Positions 35,540-36,562 of a stretch of 36,562 bases of DNA are shown piece after piece. The notes under the pieces are model-generated. The model searched no databases. It was given only the letters and a program-made list of their open reading frames with translations, and was not told where the DNA came from. Origin of the DNA: a virus (Duplodnaviria; Caudoviricetes); IMG/VR virus record IMGVR_UViG_3300033402_000750, positions 1-36,562 of that record; one strand, given 5' to 3'. The position numbers were made by a program, and so were the translations under genes. Each line of letters begins with the position of its first letter. The stretch's first letter is position 1.

Positions 35540-36562
35540 TCACTTTTTATTGTTCAGCCTCATCTCCAGGAGCGCTGTCAATTCTCTCTGTTTCTGGAGC
35601 TCCTCTTCCATTGTCTGGATCTTGGCTGCCTGCTCTTTCCGTATCTCTATCTCCCGGTCAGTTGTCCGGTGCTCGGGCCGGGTGATATACAGGACACGTT
35701 CCCCTTCGTGGAACATCTTCCGCGCATCTTCATCAGAGATCCGTACATAAGAGGACGTCAGGTATCCGGAATGGCCGAGGATCTTCTCAACCAGGTCAAG
35801 CCCCATCGTCTTGACTGCGTGGGTTCGGAAATACTTCCTGCACGAATGAATCGTATTCTTGTCGTGATATTTTCCCTCCTCGCCGTCAACCTTCTGGTAC
35901 AGGTTTGAAAATACCCTCCAGATGGTCTTCGGAGAGCATGCGAAGAGGCGCTGATCGTTGTCGGGCCGGATCAATCCCCACGGGGTTTTTTGGAACCGTT
36001 TGATATATTCATCCCGTTGTTTCAGCCATAGATCGACATATTCCTGCGCTTCTGCTGTGAGGTAGACGTAGCCCCCTCTTCCCCCTTTCACGTTCTCAGG
36101 GCGGATACGGATGGTGTCGCCCTTTAAATCGGATAAGAGGATTCCTGCCAGCGTGCTGTTTCGTGCACCTGTGGAAATCGCAGTAGAGAGAATCGCCTTC
36201 CCATGCGTATCGGCGATGTCCATCATGCGTTTCAGGGTTTCGAATTCCAGCGGTTTGTCATCCGCTTCTTCGTAACTCCTTGCTTTGATCACATTCAGTT
36301 CCAATGGTTTGATAGGGACCTCGTTGATCTCATAATACCGATGCAGGATACTGAGATGCATGGCAGATGTTCGACTGCTCCCCTTATTGCGCGAGACAGC
36401 GTATTTTATGAGATTTTGGGGAGTAAGGTGATTATGCAAATCTTCGACGGGAATATCAAGGCATTTGCTAAAATAGCCAAAGACAGCCGAGTAAAGGATG
36501 ATAGTATTCCTCGACCGCTTGGCCATCTTGAGCATCTCCAGATATTCCGTAACAGTGTACAT
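35540..36562 (-). CDS. int: Tyrosine recombinase/integrase with C-terminal coiled coil
   Basis: TGAR, VKGG, HSCRKYFRT, ILGH, SSY catalytic R-K-H-R-H-Y. Confidence 0.92.
   Translation of the reverse strand: MYTVTEYLEMLKMAKRSRNTIILYSAVFGYFSKCLDIPVEDLHNHLTPQNLIKYAVSRNKGSSRTSAMHLSILHRYYEINEVPIKPLELNVIKARSYEEADDKPLEFETLKRMMDIADTHGKAILSTAISTGARNSTLAGILLSDLKGDTIRIRPENVKGGRGGYVYLTAEAQEYVDLWLKQRDEYIKRFQKTPWGLIRPDNDQRLFACSPKTIWRVFSNLYQKVDGEEGKYHDKNTIHSCRKYFRTHAVKTMGLDLVEKILGHSGYLTSSYVRISDEDARKMFHEGERVLYITRPEHRTTDREIEIRKEQAAKIQTMEEELQKQRELTALLEMRLNNKK

Larger units (their letters stand above)
2227..36562. mobile_element. Archaeal provirus (head + contractile tail, myovirus-like), boundaries not resolved
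   Basis: Syntenic capsid-neck-sheath-tube-chaperone-TMP-baseplate-fibre order plus integrase and regulators. Terminase/portal and att sites not seen, so the element probably extends beyond the window. Confidence 0.9.

Noticed and set aside
35327-36562. tRNA gene or att site near the integrase
   Set aside because: No cloverleaf/T-loop consensus or long direct repeat found by eye within the window.

Overview
Most of an integrated archaeal tailed virus (Caudoviricetes, myovirus-type). The host is probably a methanogen (Methanomicrobia-like); this is inferred from TATA-type promoters, leaderless starts and GGAGGTGA-type RBSs. A GC-rich rightward morphogenesis module (2227-27884) encodes protease/scaffold, decoration, HK97/Mu-gpT-like capsid, neck, sheath, tube, a -1 frameshifted chaperone, tape measure, baseplate, PAAR-like tip and fibre/receptor-binding proteins. 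It converges on a leftward early module (methyltransferase, DUF4406-like, ParB-like, OB-fold, RHH regulators) and a tyrosine integrase at the right edge. No terminase, portal, att site or endolysin is visible in the window. Visibly AT-rich accessory cassettes interrupt the structural genes: phosphoesterase + CAP protein; Panacea-like + PIN pair; two paralogous, divergent class III nucleotidyl-cyclase-like genes each beside a different membrane protein; and ABC/AAA ATPase + DUF4276-like. Main leads: (i) the duplicated cyclase + membrane-protein cassettes as a candidate Pycsar-like but distinct defence/signalling system; (ii) a 7-copy non-canonical promoter motif (GACTTTYYTTWATA) 37-39 nt before start codons, which also marks cassette insertion points; (iii) an unannotated divergent RHH/RHH genetic switch. 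All family calls come from motif recognition by eye, not from database searches.
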